A stretch of 64,000 nt of DNA. It comes from Paragordius varius. Lineage: Eukaryota > Animalia > Nematomorpha. Below the pieces are notes generated by a model. It was not told the DNA's origin and searched no databases. It saw only the letters and a program-made list of their open reading frames with translations. The position numbers were made by a program, and so were the translations under genes. The stretch is from contig OZ176056.1 of the NCBI GenBank assembly GCA_964247055.1, positions 4,464,001 to 4,528,000 of the forward strand, given 5' to 3'. This document shows, piece after piece, positions 1 to 13,600 of the stretch. Every line of letters begins with the position of its first letter. Positions within the stretch are counted from its first letter, which is position 1.

Positions 1-75
1 ATTGCACAATAATATAATTTTAAATTATAATTTTTTTGAAGATCCGATCCGTATGAAATAATAATAATAAAATAC

Positions 76-646
76 CGATTCTCAGGACATCGAGAGCTGT
101 TGTTTGAACAATATAGAGATGAAAGATAGCACAATTGAGAAAATTATGCATTTTAAAATAATGTAATTTATTTAAAACTTAGGCATGAATTCTATATTAT
201 TAAATTAAATTAAATACGATTTTTAATTTTCGAATTTTATTTAATGCGCAGCATTCAGGTTTAATGTTGAAGTTACAGATATAAATATTTTTAACATAAT
301 TGGGGAATATGAGATTGGTTACTTGACAGCTAAAAGAGAGAAGCTAAGTCTTACTGCTTATGAATTTGAATTTCACAATGGGAAAAAATTTTGAATCAAC
401 TAAAAAAAGCGATGAAATTAACCAATAAAATTTGTTTTATTAGCAGTTTTAAAAATATTTTTAGCACATCAAATTTATTTTTTTAAATCTGGGTGACTGG
501 TTGTTTTATTCACGGGTGAATTTTAAAAACCAACTATAGTCGTAAGATTAAAAAAAATAAAAGAATGATACATGTAATCATAGCTTCGGAAGCTAAATTG
601 ACAACAGAATTAATTACTTTAGGGTTACCTAATTGTTCACTGCGTG

Positions 647-681
<35 letters not shown>

Positions 682-3146
682 AAATATTTTTTATAAAAAG
701 GAGGATATAAAATCAATTTTTACCTGCCAGAAAAAGGAAAATTTTCAATATTTTTTTATTTTCAATGGTTATTTTGAGCATATTCTTTTGGTTTTGTAAA
801 AATTTTATGCCAAAATTTTGAACACTATCATATTTTTTATTATATTAAACTTATTTATTTAAGGAATTTGGTAAACAAGAAGGAAAGGGCGGGTGATAAC
901 GCATTATTACAAAAAATTGGTTCAATGAGATATAAATTTAATAATTTATCTTTTCGTAGATAAATTATTGAAATATATAACCTAAAATTAATTAACAAAA
1001 GAATCACTTAATACTTTGCTCGTTTTCATGTTGTACGGACATATCATCATTTGTGGTTTCGCCTATTCATTTTGATTTAATTTAAAATAAATTGAAAATA
1101 TATGTTACAAGTTAAGTTAACAAATACGGAAATTGATTTACCATCGCTTTCGCCATCCTGAGCGGGTCTATTTTCTTGGGGATCTTGTTCATTGACAGGT
1201 TCATTCTCTTCAACTTACAGTAAAAATAAAAATTTTTATAGACAAAATATTAAAAGAGGAATATTTATTTATAAAATGATAACCATGTTTTTTTAAAAAA
1301 GCCTTGATTTTTATAAATATAAGCTATCTGCTGTTGCCAAACAAGGAATATATATATACTGTGAAAAAGAGGGTTGATTTTTTAACAAAAATTTTCTTCA
1401 TGAGATAGCTTATGACCAGCGAATTAATTTGCGGCAATAATTTTAGATTGTTGACGACCTAGTTTTGAAATATTAAAATCGAAATCGGGCAAAAAGTGAA
1501 AATTAAGGATAAATACTTCAAAAACAATGATAAAAGTTGAGATATTATTGTTCAATTTCATTATAGGAGATATTTTCAATATATAAATAGCCTAAAATCA
1601 TATGGATAGGTCTATAAAATCTCAGCTTAAAAGATGGCATTTTTCTTTTAACATACTTAAAGACAAAATTTTTTTATGAAACTATATTAAAATATTTTTT
1701 TTATTTATTTATTAGCTAAACTCACTATTAAAATCTTAAATATTATTATTAGTAAAAAAAACTTCTATATAAAATTAAAACCAAAAAATATTGTTTTTTA
1801 TTTAACTTTTTTCATCTGGTTTATGAGTGTATAAAAGATTTATACTGTTTTATTTTGGAATCTTACATGAGTGGGTATTAGAAACTTTATAATTTATGTA
1901 AAATAGGTTTAAAAGTAGTGGAATCAAAAAATACTTACTAATCCGTGTAAAAAGTTTGTTTTAATACAAATAAATATTTTGCTGGGATATGTACGGATTT
2001 TTGGTTGACTTTACATTACTTGTAAATTTTATTTTGTATTAATTTATAAAATTTATAATTTCCCCTCATGTTTCCAAAAAACATTAAATTTTTATACCCT
2101 CATAAAACAGAAAAAAATGATAAACAAAAATTAAGTGATTCTGATTAATTCCGATAACGAACGATACTCTAACCTGCTTACTAGAACGTTGACGTCTTTC
2201 GCCAGAGAAGCTTCATAGAGGGAAAAGCGACGATATCAGTCGCACGAGATTGACCAATAACAGGTCGGCTGCACGAGCATCCTGATATATAAGTTTTTTT
2301 TACTGAAAATAGGATTTTATTAGGTAGTTTAGAGAGTGAATAATAAAACAAAAATTATTTATAGTTTCATAAAAAAATTTTGTCTTTTAAGTATGTTAAA
2401 AGAAAAATGCCATCGAGATTTTATAGACCTATCCATATGAATTTAGGCTATATTTATATATTGAAAAAATCTCTTATAATGAAAACCATAATATCTCAAC
2501 TTTTATTATTGTTTTTAAGTATTTATCCTTAAATCTCACTTTTTGCCCGATTTCGATTTTTCATTAATATTTCAAAAACTAGGTCGTCAATGTAAAATTT
2601 TTTTTGCGACAAATGAATACGCTAGTCATAAGCTATCTCATGAAAAAAAATATTTTGTTAAAATTTTTTTGCACCCAGTGTATAGATACAATGATGCTCA
2701 ATTAAATAAATTGTAATGGAATAAAATTTGGGGAAAATTAAGGATTAAAAAGTATGATTGACTATTTTTTAAAAAGTTTGTCTTTTAGTTTTTTCATTTG
2801 GATTGTATAATTTCAATTTTTACTGTTATATTTAATGGAATTAAAAACATTGCATAGAGAAATTATTAAATATAGTAAAGAGAGATTATGGATATAATCC
2901 TGTAATTTTAGGCTTTTTACAATATAATCTACTTATCTATGGCAGTAAATTAATTAATTTAAGTTTCTTAAAATAGCCGTAACTTTAAGGTGTAATATTT
3001 AAATATGCGTAAAAAAGCACTAGTACCACATATTATCCGCTAATCAAATTCTAATATCTTACATGATTTAAAATATCCAAATTGGATAATTGATTTAATA
3101 AAATTCTTAGAAGCTATTTTATCAATTTTAGGATAAACTTGATAAT

Positions 3147-3181
<35 letters not shown>

Positions 3182-6100
3182 TAGTAGTTTTGTTTGAAAA
3201 CATCCGTTAGTTGGCTGGTAAAGGCAAGTGTCAGAAAATATTTACATAGTTTTTACAGCACTTATATTATTGGCTCATTTTAATAATTAATCTGATCTAT
3301 CAATAACATAAAATAACATTCTATCATTAATATACATTTCATAAATTAAGAGCAATCTCTACTTTAAAGCGAACATTAAATTAAAAACTTTACTTTGGTC
3401 CTCGGACCGAGTCCCATCAGAAATAACATCTTCATCATGGTTTTCCTCTAATCGCGAAAATAAAAATAATTATCCATTTTAGTTTTAATCTGAAACTCAA
3501 TTTTTATAGATTTATTTTTTTGAAGTTGAAGGTTCGTTAGAATTTTCAAAAAATTAAAATGTGGTTAAGATAGAAATTATTAATAATTACAAAGATATTA
3601 CAGTATGTGTAAAAATAAGTACAAGTTTTTATTTAATACTGTAGATAACATATACACCAAAAAACATCCTTGGTGGCTATCAAATGTGAAATAGTAACCA
3701 TACTTCCTTTTTCTTTATAAGCTATCTGGCAATAACTTTAAAAACGAGCTATCCATACTTAAACCGATAAACGAGGTGAAAATTTTTATTTTAAAAAACT
3801 TATTAATTCACAATTTTATGACTGGCTTACGACCAAGCAAGGCCAGTAAAGAAAACAATCGAGTTATATCATTTCTTTTATCTTCAATACTACATGATAG
3901 GTTTTTCAGGAAGTAAGCTTATTAGTGCGATTCATTCACTGAGAAAATATTAAAATAGGGCTTCAAACAGGGTTGAAAGTGGAACCCTATGTTCCAGGAC
4001 GGTAATCGGAACTGGTTTCTTACAGTTTCATTTTGGGTTCTGGACTTTTTATTTAATGATTTTTATACAACATTGTAATTATAATAATTTATAAACCAAA
4101 CAACAGTAGTAAATCAATTATCAAAAAAAATTAAAGTGGCCAAAGTACAAAGTGTAATAAATGATTAATATTAACTATCTCATTGAAAAAAATCTCGATA
4201 TAACTATACAAAAATGATTGTTTCAAACAAATGGGTGGTCAGAATACTGCTTACATCTGAAAATATATTTAGCGTGAAAAAGTTTCATTCTATGTTGTAA
4301 GCCGTATGTACCTCTAATACCTAACATGATTAAATTCTAATATTTTTGCAAAATCTGTGGTTAAAAAAGTAAATTTGAGGTCTTCATACGGTCCGTGCGC
4401 GGCGGAATGATATATAGTGGGGCTCATATTTTTCGTTATGCGGACGCTATAGTTTATGGTTTTTTTCCAGGTTTATTTCATTAGGTACGAGTAAATGTTT
4501 TTAATGTATAGATTGAAAAAAACCACGTAATTATGTCTGGATTTCTAATAAACTGTTAATATTCAGAAGTTAATATTCAACATGGTATTTTCATTTCGGA
4601 TTACAATAAAAATGTCATCATATGATCAACGATTATTAACAACTAATATAAACAACAAATTTAAAATTTATGGTGTTCATTTGATAGGAAACTAGAAAAA
4701 ATGTTATAATACAACGTATAAGAATAGATTCCACTTATTAAAAATAAAATCATAAAAACACTTTTTGGAGGTGGAACCGAAAGCGAGCTGGTTTCTAAAC
4801 GGTTGGATATGTTAAAATCTCAGGACAAGGGTTCAGATTCCTATTCAAAGCACCTCTATTTAAAGGCATAAAAATGAAACAATTTATTTTATTTTTTATT
4901 GTCTTAATGGGCGTTTTTAGTAGGATCGTTTCGTAAACAAACATTTTATGAAAATAATACTATGTACCTTGATCTAAATTTTCCTGATTTTCTTGCCCAA
5001 TTAGATCCCTTTCATTATTTTCAGCTAAAATTATTTAAAAATTTTATGAATTATATTACTCGATTCTGGCATTGGGGTCGCAGAATCAACGTTTTCTGAT
5101 GTAACATCCTCTAGTGAAAGATTATAACAGTAATCAAAATTAAAAATTGGTATTAAATACATGAATTATTTTAATAAAATTTTATATGTAAAAAGAATCC
5201 TTAATTACAAAATATTTGGTTTAGTAACATAAAATATAAAAAAACTTAAAACTTATCGAAAAAATTCATTCAAATAATTAATTGTGTCGATATTTTGGTA
5301 TTTCGTATTATCTATCTTACTTTAATTACCTTGTCCTTCATGTAAATCATCTGTTTGTGTGGCTACATTTTTATTTATTCATATAAAAATTATACTATAA
5401 TCAGCTAAAAATTATTAATAACTTAAAACCAAATGCAATAATTTTTTATTTTGTGTAAAACATAATCTTCCTATGATATCATAATTATATTAAAATGATA
5501 AATGAAATCCATAAAAAAAGAATTCGAACAAAAACTCAAAAGTTACATTGAGATTGGGTATTTTGGGCGTTCGTATTTATTCCAGAAGGTCCCGCAACTC
5601 CAACCAATTGTGTTGAAGGACTTGAACCGATTCCTCCTACAATAATTCCTACATATGATATAATCGTTTTTCGTTAAACATATAATTTGATTGATTTAAT
5701 TTGGATATGTTGCTAAAAAATTTATATACCACCGATCGTTGCTATATAATTATAATTTATATATTTTACGAAATGAAATGTACATATTACAGTATGAATG
5801 AATATAAATTGATAGTTTTTCATTAAATATTGCCAGATAACAGTGAAATACGAAAAAAATAACTATAAGCCAACAATACTGCCCTTTTCTCTATATGTAT
5901 ATTCAGGCAATTATTGAAAAACTAGGTTTGTATACTTAATAAAATTTTAATTAAAAATGAAGGCTTTTAACCAAACAGTAATATTTTCGAAAATATTTTG
6001 TGGCAAAATTTTTATTTTTATTTGATTAAATATTGAAAACCTGACAGTGGTAAAAGTCCAATCGGTACTATAGCATGGTCAAAACTGCTGCCTAAAAAAT

Positions 6101-7448
6101 AGATTATAAATTTGCAATAAGTTATAACGAATATATTTCCGAATAAAAACTCTGGTTAATTTTGCCACAAACGGGTCGTAAATGTTTATTAATCATTTAT
6201 CATTCGACACTAAAATCTTCTGCATTATATCTGAAAAAACCTGCAATATATGATCCTTTAATACTATTTAATTAAGGAAAAACTTTGCTCGTTTTTAAGT
6301 TATTAGTCGATGTTGAGATTCAAAATGGCGCCAAACTATATTATCACGATTTTCGGTCACTTAAATCTAAAAAAGGAGTTGTTTTTTGATCGATTGTGTT
6401 GAAAAACAATTTAAATTATATCTGTTGGAGGTTAAAAACACCTCTTTGGTGAAATTACTTAAAAATGTTTTTAAAAAACAAAGTTGTCTAAATAACAACT
6501 TTATTTACATTTTGTTCAACGCGGTACTTTAACAATTCAAGTTGGTCTTACATGCAATAGATTATTATATCCAAAAATGATATGTTTTTAAGGACCACCT
6601 TGCAATGTTCATTCAAGGACCATTGGAAGCTTTTTTAAGGTATTGTATAGATTTTAGAATAAGTGTAATATTTTATTATTAATTTCGTCGTTAAAATCTT
6701 ATATTTTTGTTGATATAACAAAAAAAATTTATTGTACGCATTTTTCTCTCCACTATAGTCTTTATATTTTACGACCTAATGTGCGGTAAAAATGTAATTT
6801 ATTTTAACCACATTTTCATTTTGATATTGATTGTACTGAGGCGTTTTTAGTATCGAATGATAAATGCTCCATAAAGATTTTTTGAGTGCACACTGAATTA
6901 AAATTTATACAAGGGTTTGGAATGAGATTTTTAAAAATATTCAAAAAATGGTTTAAATTGTTTTTGGAAGCGAAACCATGGTTTTTCAAATTTGTATTTG
7001 CGTGTTGACCATATTTATTTACTATTAATTTTTTAAAACATTTAATTGGAAAATCATATTATATCTTTTAGCTTATTCAGCGCATGATAATTTTTTGTGG
7101 CTATCTTATATGTTTATGATAGGCCCATTCAGATTTATAATATAGTAGATTATTTACAAACTAAAAAATAATACGGAAAAATTAAAATCAATCATTTTAT
7201 TAAAACCGGAAACTATGGAACCGAAGTCAATAAAGAAATCCTTGAAACCCATTTTTAGGTAAAAAATGTGTGAAATTAAACAGATCCAAAATCCCCGATT
7301 TATATATATTTTTTGACCAAAAACCGTGATGCTATTAATAAAATATAAATTTTAATAAAAATTCTACCAGGTTTCTTATTATTATTGGAATTTGGAATAG
7401 AAGGATCTAAAGATCCATTGCTTTTCAAATAATTTGTTGGATTATTTT
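76..7448 (-). CDS. Micro-exon gene paralog A (most divergent; 5' end unresolved, 3' part runs off the window start)
   Basis: AG/GT-bounded exons, all phase 1-1 and multiples of 3: 7368-7448, 6041-6091, 5730-5741, 5547-5648, 5330-5362, 5060-5110, 4968-5024, 3394-3447, 1142-1213, 1015-1062, 629-646, 572-592, 76-96. Spliced frame is open: NNPTNYLKSNGSLDPSIPNSNNNKKPGSSFDHAIVPIGLLPLSATIGGIIVGGIGSSPSTQLVGVAGPSGINTNAQNTQSQSTQTDDLHEGQEDVTSENVDSATPMPESTENNERDLIGQENQENLDQEENHDEDVISDGTRSEDQIEENEPVNEQDPQENRPAQDGESDGETTNDDMSVQHENEQTRSEQLASEAMITSLDVLRI. Exons are collinear with B and C. Confidence 0.85.
649..678. repeat. (AT)n abutting the splice acceptor of the 18-nt exon, gene A
   Basis: About (AT)15 directly upstream of the acceptor AG on the minus strand. 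Confidence 0.95.
1357..2680. mobile_element. Large palindromic MITE family 1 (CACTGTGTGCAAAA termini), copy carrying the 18S fragment
   Basis: Long imperfect inverted arms (catgagatagcttatgaccagcgaa / gctagtcataagctatctcatg) with TA flanks. Tc1/mariner affinity is inferred from TA|CACTG. Confidence 0.8.
2135..2285 (+). pseudogene. Decayed 18S rRNA fragment (V7 region) embedded in a MITE
   Basis: ctgattaattccgataacgaacgatactct...cttcatagagggaaaagcgacg...gagattgaccaataacaggtc/ggctgcacg matches the conserved eukaryotic SSU motifs GGTTAATTCCGATAACGAACGAGAC, CTTCTTAGAGGGAC, GAGATTGAGCAATAACAGGTC and GGCTGCACGC, with substitutions. The TGTGATGCCCTTAGATG segment is deleted. Confidence 0.88.
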
Positions 7449-7713
7449 CTAATTTACAAAAAATATATTAGTTTTGTTAAACAAATAAAAACTATAAAAA
7501 ATAATTGAGACACAGGCAAATGACATCAGAAAAAAAAACACTGTGAAATATTTTATGAATAATAAACTATTAATTATTTGAGGCTTAAAAATTTCGTGAT
7601 ATTGATAATTTTATAAAAACTAAAAAGTTTAATTTCAAGTATTATTTGTTTTACTTATCTTAGCTGTTTGTTCATAGCTGATACATGAGGTTATTCAGTC
7701 AATCGTTGACCCC

Positions 7714-7744
<31 letters not shown>

Positions 7745-8964
7745 TTCTTATTCATGGATTTTAGATTTATATTTCACTATTTTTAGTAAACATACAAATT
7801 GTAAAACTGAGATTTCATATTCCCATATTATTTTAGATATTATAAAAAACCGAAAAATTATTACTAAAAAATTTTAATATTCGATAATTATTAACCCAAT
7901 GATTATCAACTGTCATGTGCTTGATGTGACATCTTTCTCTTGGGAAAAGACAACTAAATTATATTCAAAGATGTTGTCAAGAAACAGTCAAAACGAAAGC
8001 AAATTTTTTTGTAACCATACTATTACAGTAAAAATTGAAATTATACGGTCAAAACGTAAATATTAAGAAACGAATATTTTTTTCTAAAAGACAACCATAC
8101 TTTTTATAACATGATTTGATTGAATGTACATTGTTAAAAACTGTAAAGTATGAAATAGTGAGATATATAAAGAACAATTAATTAGATTTTTTACAGTTGT
8201 AATAATATGATTTTTATGAGAAATTAAGGTCTTAAAAAGTATGAATGTCTTTTGAAAAAGAATTTTTTATATTTTTACCTTTTGTTCGTATAATTTCAAT
8301 TTATACTACTGTATTAAGCGTTGATTTAATAAGCCATTTATAAATTAATTACATTAAATTAGTTTTTTAACAATTCACATCGCTAATTCCTAATATTAAA
8401 ACCAAAACAATGAGTAGAGTATATTTTTTTAAAAAAACAAGATTTTGAAGAAATATTTGTCTTTCATGTTTTTTACTGTAATTTAGATGGAAAATAAGCT
8501 ACCTACTGTTGGAAAAAAGTCAATAGTAAATTTTATTATATTTTTAACCAAGAGGTATAAATATATATTTAAAAAAATAAGCCAATAATACGAGGACAAT
8601 CGTATTTTAGGTTAAAATTGAAATTATACGGACCAAACATAAAAATATAAGGACAGATGTTTTTTCTTGCAAATAAAGACAACTACCATATTTTTACAAC
8701 TTTTATTTTTTAAATATAACCTATCTTTTTGGGTCGCAAAATATCAAATAGTAACTAATATAAATTGGTAACATTCTCATTTATATTCACAGAATGAATT
8801 ATAATTTTATAGTTTATGCCAAAAATAACTAGATATAAAAAATATTTTTACGTTTTGTCCATATTGTGTGTCAATTTTTACTGTATTTTTATTGATTTAT
8901 ATTTAGTTAAACTTGTGGGTTTTCTGCAAACATTTTGGTATTGCTATTGATTCTAGCACTGATA

Positions 8965-10195
8965 TCATTCAACACCTCAATGGCTCCTTGTAAGAATTTT
9001 AAACGACAAAATAATCAACGAGGAATATTTAAAATTTTTACCAATGAATAATACCACAAAAGGAAATTATTTTTTAGAAGTTTGGATCTGAACAGATGGC
9101 TGGCCCTCTATGATTGGATTAAACAAGTGATTTATTCCTTTTTAATATTTTATCCTTTCATTGCTTTATTCATCAGCAAAACTTGGTTTCGCGTGATGAA
9201 TCACTCAATTCAGTAATTAAAACTGTTGTGGATATAAACCATATTCGTGGCAGAGAATTCCACAGACGTAAAGTCATAAACCTTCAGAAAGATATGCACA
9301 TTTGATAATATTCTTTTTTACACCGCTGTGAGATGCCTAAGCCTTAAAAAAGTATTAATTAGATTTTTTGTTTTAAGACATGAAATTCTATTATTTGTAA
9401 AGTTTGACGAGGAAAAGTGACAAATGGTGGGTTTTATTAGTCTACCTTTGCGACATTACTTATAAACTTAGTATTTTTAATACAAGTTCCAAAAGAGCAT
9501 ATAATTAATTTGCTAATCAAATATTACCTTTTGAAGAAAAATAATAATATATGAAATTTAGATTTTAAGAATTAAGAAATATTAAAAATTGCTTAAAATT
9601 CGTTGAAAATCTTTAACATATGGATATACCAATATTAAGCAAAGTGAGCATTTTGGTTTATATCAGGCGCATATCATTAAAGAATTCTTAGATTTTAAAA
9701 ATGATTCCAATTTGGAGGCTATACTCAAGAAGAATCGTAGACAAGAAAGATATGAGTTTTGGCAAGATGTGCCAAATAATGAAAATTAAAAAAAATAGTG
9801 CTCAAGTTATCCTAACTGTTTTTCCCTCAGCTTACACGTGGGGGACGGCATGTTCAAAAATGAAGTATGTCAAGGATATATACAGAAATCGCTTAACCGA
9901 TGATCATATGCACGACGTATTAAAATTGGCCTCTCATGAGGCAAAACCAAAATTGTCAAAATTATTGGTTAATATCAAAATGAATGTTGTTATCAAAATA
10001 TTTTAATTTTTTAATCTAAATGGTGCAAAACGAGTTTTTAGCTGGATTTACATGGGATCAAAAATTCAGTTAATAAGTATAAATATGTGCATATGTGTCA
10101 AATAGCTATGGAATATTTGCCATTATAAGGTTCATGGCCCTCCAAAAAAACATATATTTTATTTGACCCGTCAAATTTTTTGGTGAGCACCACTG
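8965..10195 (+). mobile_element. 5'-truncated copy of the same Buster-type hAT at a different site
   Basis: 3' TIR TGAGCACCACTG ends at 10195. Aligns to 35200-36633, including the same internal deletion junction. ORF 9701-10006 is the transposase C-terminus. The left end is missing. Confidence 0.85.
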
Positions 10196-10654
10196 GATTA
10201 GTGTTTTGTTTGATTCTAACCACTATAAATTCTAATTTTTATAGTAAATAACCGTTAAAAACCGAAATTAAATAATTGTGGGTGTTTCAGAATGATTCAA
10301 ATGTTCCTTGATATTTTAATTTTAAGTACTTGCAAATTTTATTCTCTTTCTTAGAATTTAAAGGCTAAACTACTATGTTGATAAATATATTATTTATTAT
10401 TTTTATTCTAAGGATAGCATTTATTTTAATAGCAATTTATGCTTTTTATTATTTAAAATTAATATGGTAACATATAAGTAACCCATTATTTATATATGTA
10501 TTTTTGTCGATTCGGAATCGAGTTAAGATGATTTATATTTATTAAAAGAAAATATTCTTTCAAACAACCAAATATCACACTACTATATCAATCAAGATAT
10601 GATTTATTTAACAGTATATTTAAGTAAATGGTATTGCATATTGAAAAAAAATAA

Positions 10655-13600
10655 TCACGATTCAGCTATAATGTATTATAATGTTTTTGAAATACTGTCA
10701 AAGTTTCTGCTAAAAGAATTTTATATATCAATTAGGAATTTACCTATCTCATCGACATCTATAGGAGAATTAATAATCCGTATGAGATTATTTTAGATTT
10801 ATCTTTATTGATAGTATTTTCTTACATTCATCCGTGTCCAGTATATCTAGAAAAATTAAAATATATACCATAAAATATAATTCGGTGTTGTCTTATATTC
10901 AACAACTGCAGTAAAAAACCTTATTTATGATAAAACTAAAACATATTCTTTTTTATCATATGTTTTTTGATTTAATAAATTTACTGTTTTGTTTTGAAAT
11001 TCGACATTAGCGGGAATTACGAAGTATATAAATTAATACAAAATAGGATATAGAGGCAGTGGAATATTAACGAAAAATTTGTGTTAATACAAACCTGTTA
11101 GCGGGATTCGTATGTTTGATATTCCACTACTTTAAAACCCTTTTTGTATAAATCTATTACTTTTTCATTCCCGCTCATGAAATGTTCCAATAATTATACA
11201 CTCATAAACCAGATGATAATAAATGAAAAAATAAAAAACATATTTTTTTGGTTTTATTCTTATATTAAGGTTTTTCTGTTTAAAATATGAAAGATTTAAA
11301 TGGTGAGTTTAACTAGTAAAAGAATATTTTTATATTTCATAAAAAAAATTTTGTGTATAAATAAAATTAAAACACATATAATCTGGGTTTATAAAAAAAC
11401 AACTATATGATTTTAGGTATTTATAAATTAATGATATAAATCTTAATATATTAAGTTTACTAATTATTAGATATCTATAATTTTCTTAGATTATGACTTT
11501 TTGTCTCGATTTTCTCTAATATTTCAAATACTAGATCGTCAACAAATAAAATATTTTGATGTGGCAAACTAATTTGTTGGTTATAGACAACTCAAGAAAA
11601 AATTTTGTCAAACCCTCTTTTTTTGCACACATATATATATAAAAAACATTATCATTAGTGCTAGAGATCTTAGAATTAATTAAGAGAGAAAAAATTAATT
11701 TTAGGTTTAAATACATTTTATAGCAAAATTATACATTTATTCTTCAACAATAAAGATTTTCTTAACCAATTAAAAAATTTTAGGATTTTAAAAGCACAAT
11801 GTATCTACCTGTTAGATATTCTATCGTTTCTAAGGAAAACAAATTAAATATAATAATTTAATTCAATAATTGGTTATGCCATTTTTAGTATTTCATTTTT
11901 TAAACATTAAATCATTATAATAGTATGAATGTTCACTCCTTATTCTTTAGCCAATAAATTATAACAAATAACCATTTGGAGGTGCTTGCTTGCCGCCATG
12001 AATCCGCTAACTCATCTTTTATAAAGCGGCAAATTTTATCCAAAATCCAGGGATCTCATACACCAAATTTAACACCATTTTTTAAAACTTCTTTTTTTGC
12101 ATGAAAAATATTTTATAAATACAATACAATCTACATGTAAAGCGATCTCTTGACAGGCGTCAGATATTACAAAACGCAATTTAGTTAATTCAAAATACCT
12201 TGTTCAGGAATCGGCTCTAGAATAATAAAAAATGTACATGGTGATGTAAGTTTTGATCCCCTTGATAAATTATTATTATTTTATCAAACTATCTAAAAAA
12301 TATAAATTAATACCATGGTTCATATCAGTAACATTAATAAAAATTCATACATATATACCGCGTAAAACATTATTGGTGTCTAAATAAATTTAAAAAATTG
12401 AGAGTAAGAATTTATAAAGCATTTCAAAATTATTACCTATTGCTAACTGTTCCATCGCTAACATTATTTTGATAATTTAAAATTATTATTCTAATACCTA
12501 AAACATCCGCTTCCATAGCTAAAATATTACATAATTATACGGCAATTATCTTACTGTCCAATATTCCTCTAACTCCTGATAAACAAAAAAGTATACTAAA
12601 AAGTATTACTGTATGCATTTTAAATGGTTGCTTATTTCACACGATAGTAGGGCGGGCAATTTACGCAACACAGTAGTGTAGTATGGAAAAAACAACGAAA
12701 TGAATGTTAAATAAACAATTATTTCCTTTCTTTTTTCATACACTACTGTGTTTTGCTAATTGCCCTACTATAGTCTGTAATAAGCAACCATTAAAATGCA
12801 TACTGTATTTACTTTCAATGTTATTCCGCAAAACTAAATTGAATTTACAAATAAAAATTAAATAATAATATAGCATAATTTTTCTAAAAAATAAAAAAAT
12901 AAAGTTATGAAAAATTTTAACAATTTTAATTAAACACACTGTGTGCAAACAAGGGGGTTAATTTATTTAACAAAAAAATTTTTTTTATGAGATAGCTTAT
13001 GACCAGCGACATTTGCCTCAAAAACTTTTATTTGTTGACGACTTTAATTTTAAAATATTGAGAGAATATTGGGCAAAAAGTGAATAATTCAATAAATAAT
13101 GATAACATTTCAGATATTATGATATCATTTTATGAGATATTTCCAAAATATAAACAGCCTAAAATCATATACTCAGGTTAAAAGATGGCGTTTTTCTTTT
13201 AACTTATTTAAAAAAAAATTTATGAAACTATATTAAAATAATTTTTTGATTATTTATTAACTCACAATTAATATCCTAACATTCATATTTTATTCAGTAA
13301 AAAACTTATATGTCAAAAAAAACCAAAAAATAATGTTTTTTATTTTTTTATTATTTTGTCATCTGGTTTATAAGTGTATAAAAAATTTATATGTTATTTG
13401 GATTCTTACATGAGTGGAATTATAAAATATGTAATTTATGAAAATAGCATTTAAAAGTATTGGAATATCAACCAACAATCCTTACAAATCCCTGTAACAA
13501 GTTTGTTTAAGACGAATTATTATTTTCGTTGGGATTCGTACGGATTGTTGGTTGATATTCCATTACTCTTAAATGCTATTTTGCATAAATGTAGTATAGA

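Noticed and set aside
3656-3676. Candidate 21-nt exon TKDVFW in A
   Set aside because: Its terminal T plus the next exon's AG makes TAG, and there is no counterpart in B or C.
3955-4862. Possible old TIR element with GGAACC motifs and a GC-rich core at 4380-4450
   Set aside because: The inverted similarity is too degenerate, with no TSD and no recognisable coding or RNA content.
11735-11741. Possible early stop exon (ag|AA TAA)
   Set aside because: Three or four further conserved in-frame exons and a conserved TGA lie downstream.
11975-12015. GC-rich segment with a possible KQAPPN exon
   Set aside because: B and C need different phases or weak acceptors, and the segment is deleted in D; unsupported.
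12128-12148. Candidate 21-nt exon IALHVD in B
   Set aside because: Joining to the next exon gives TAA; C's version is 19 nt and D's contains a stop.
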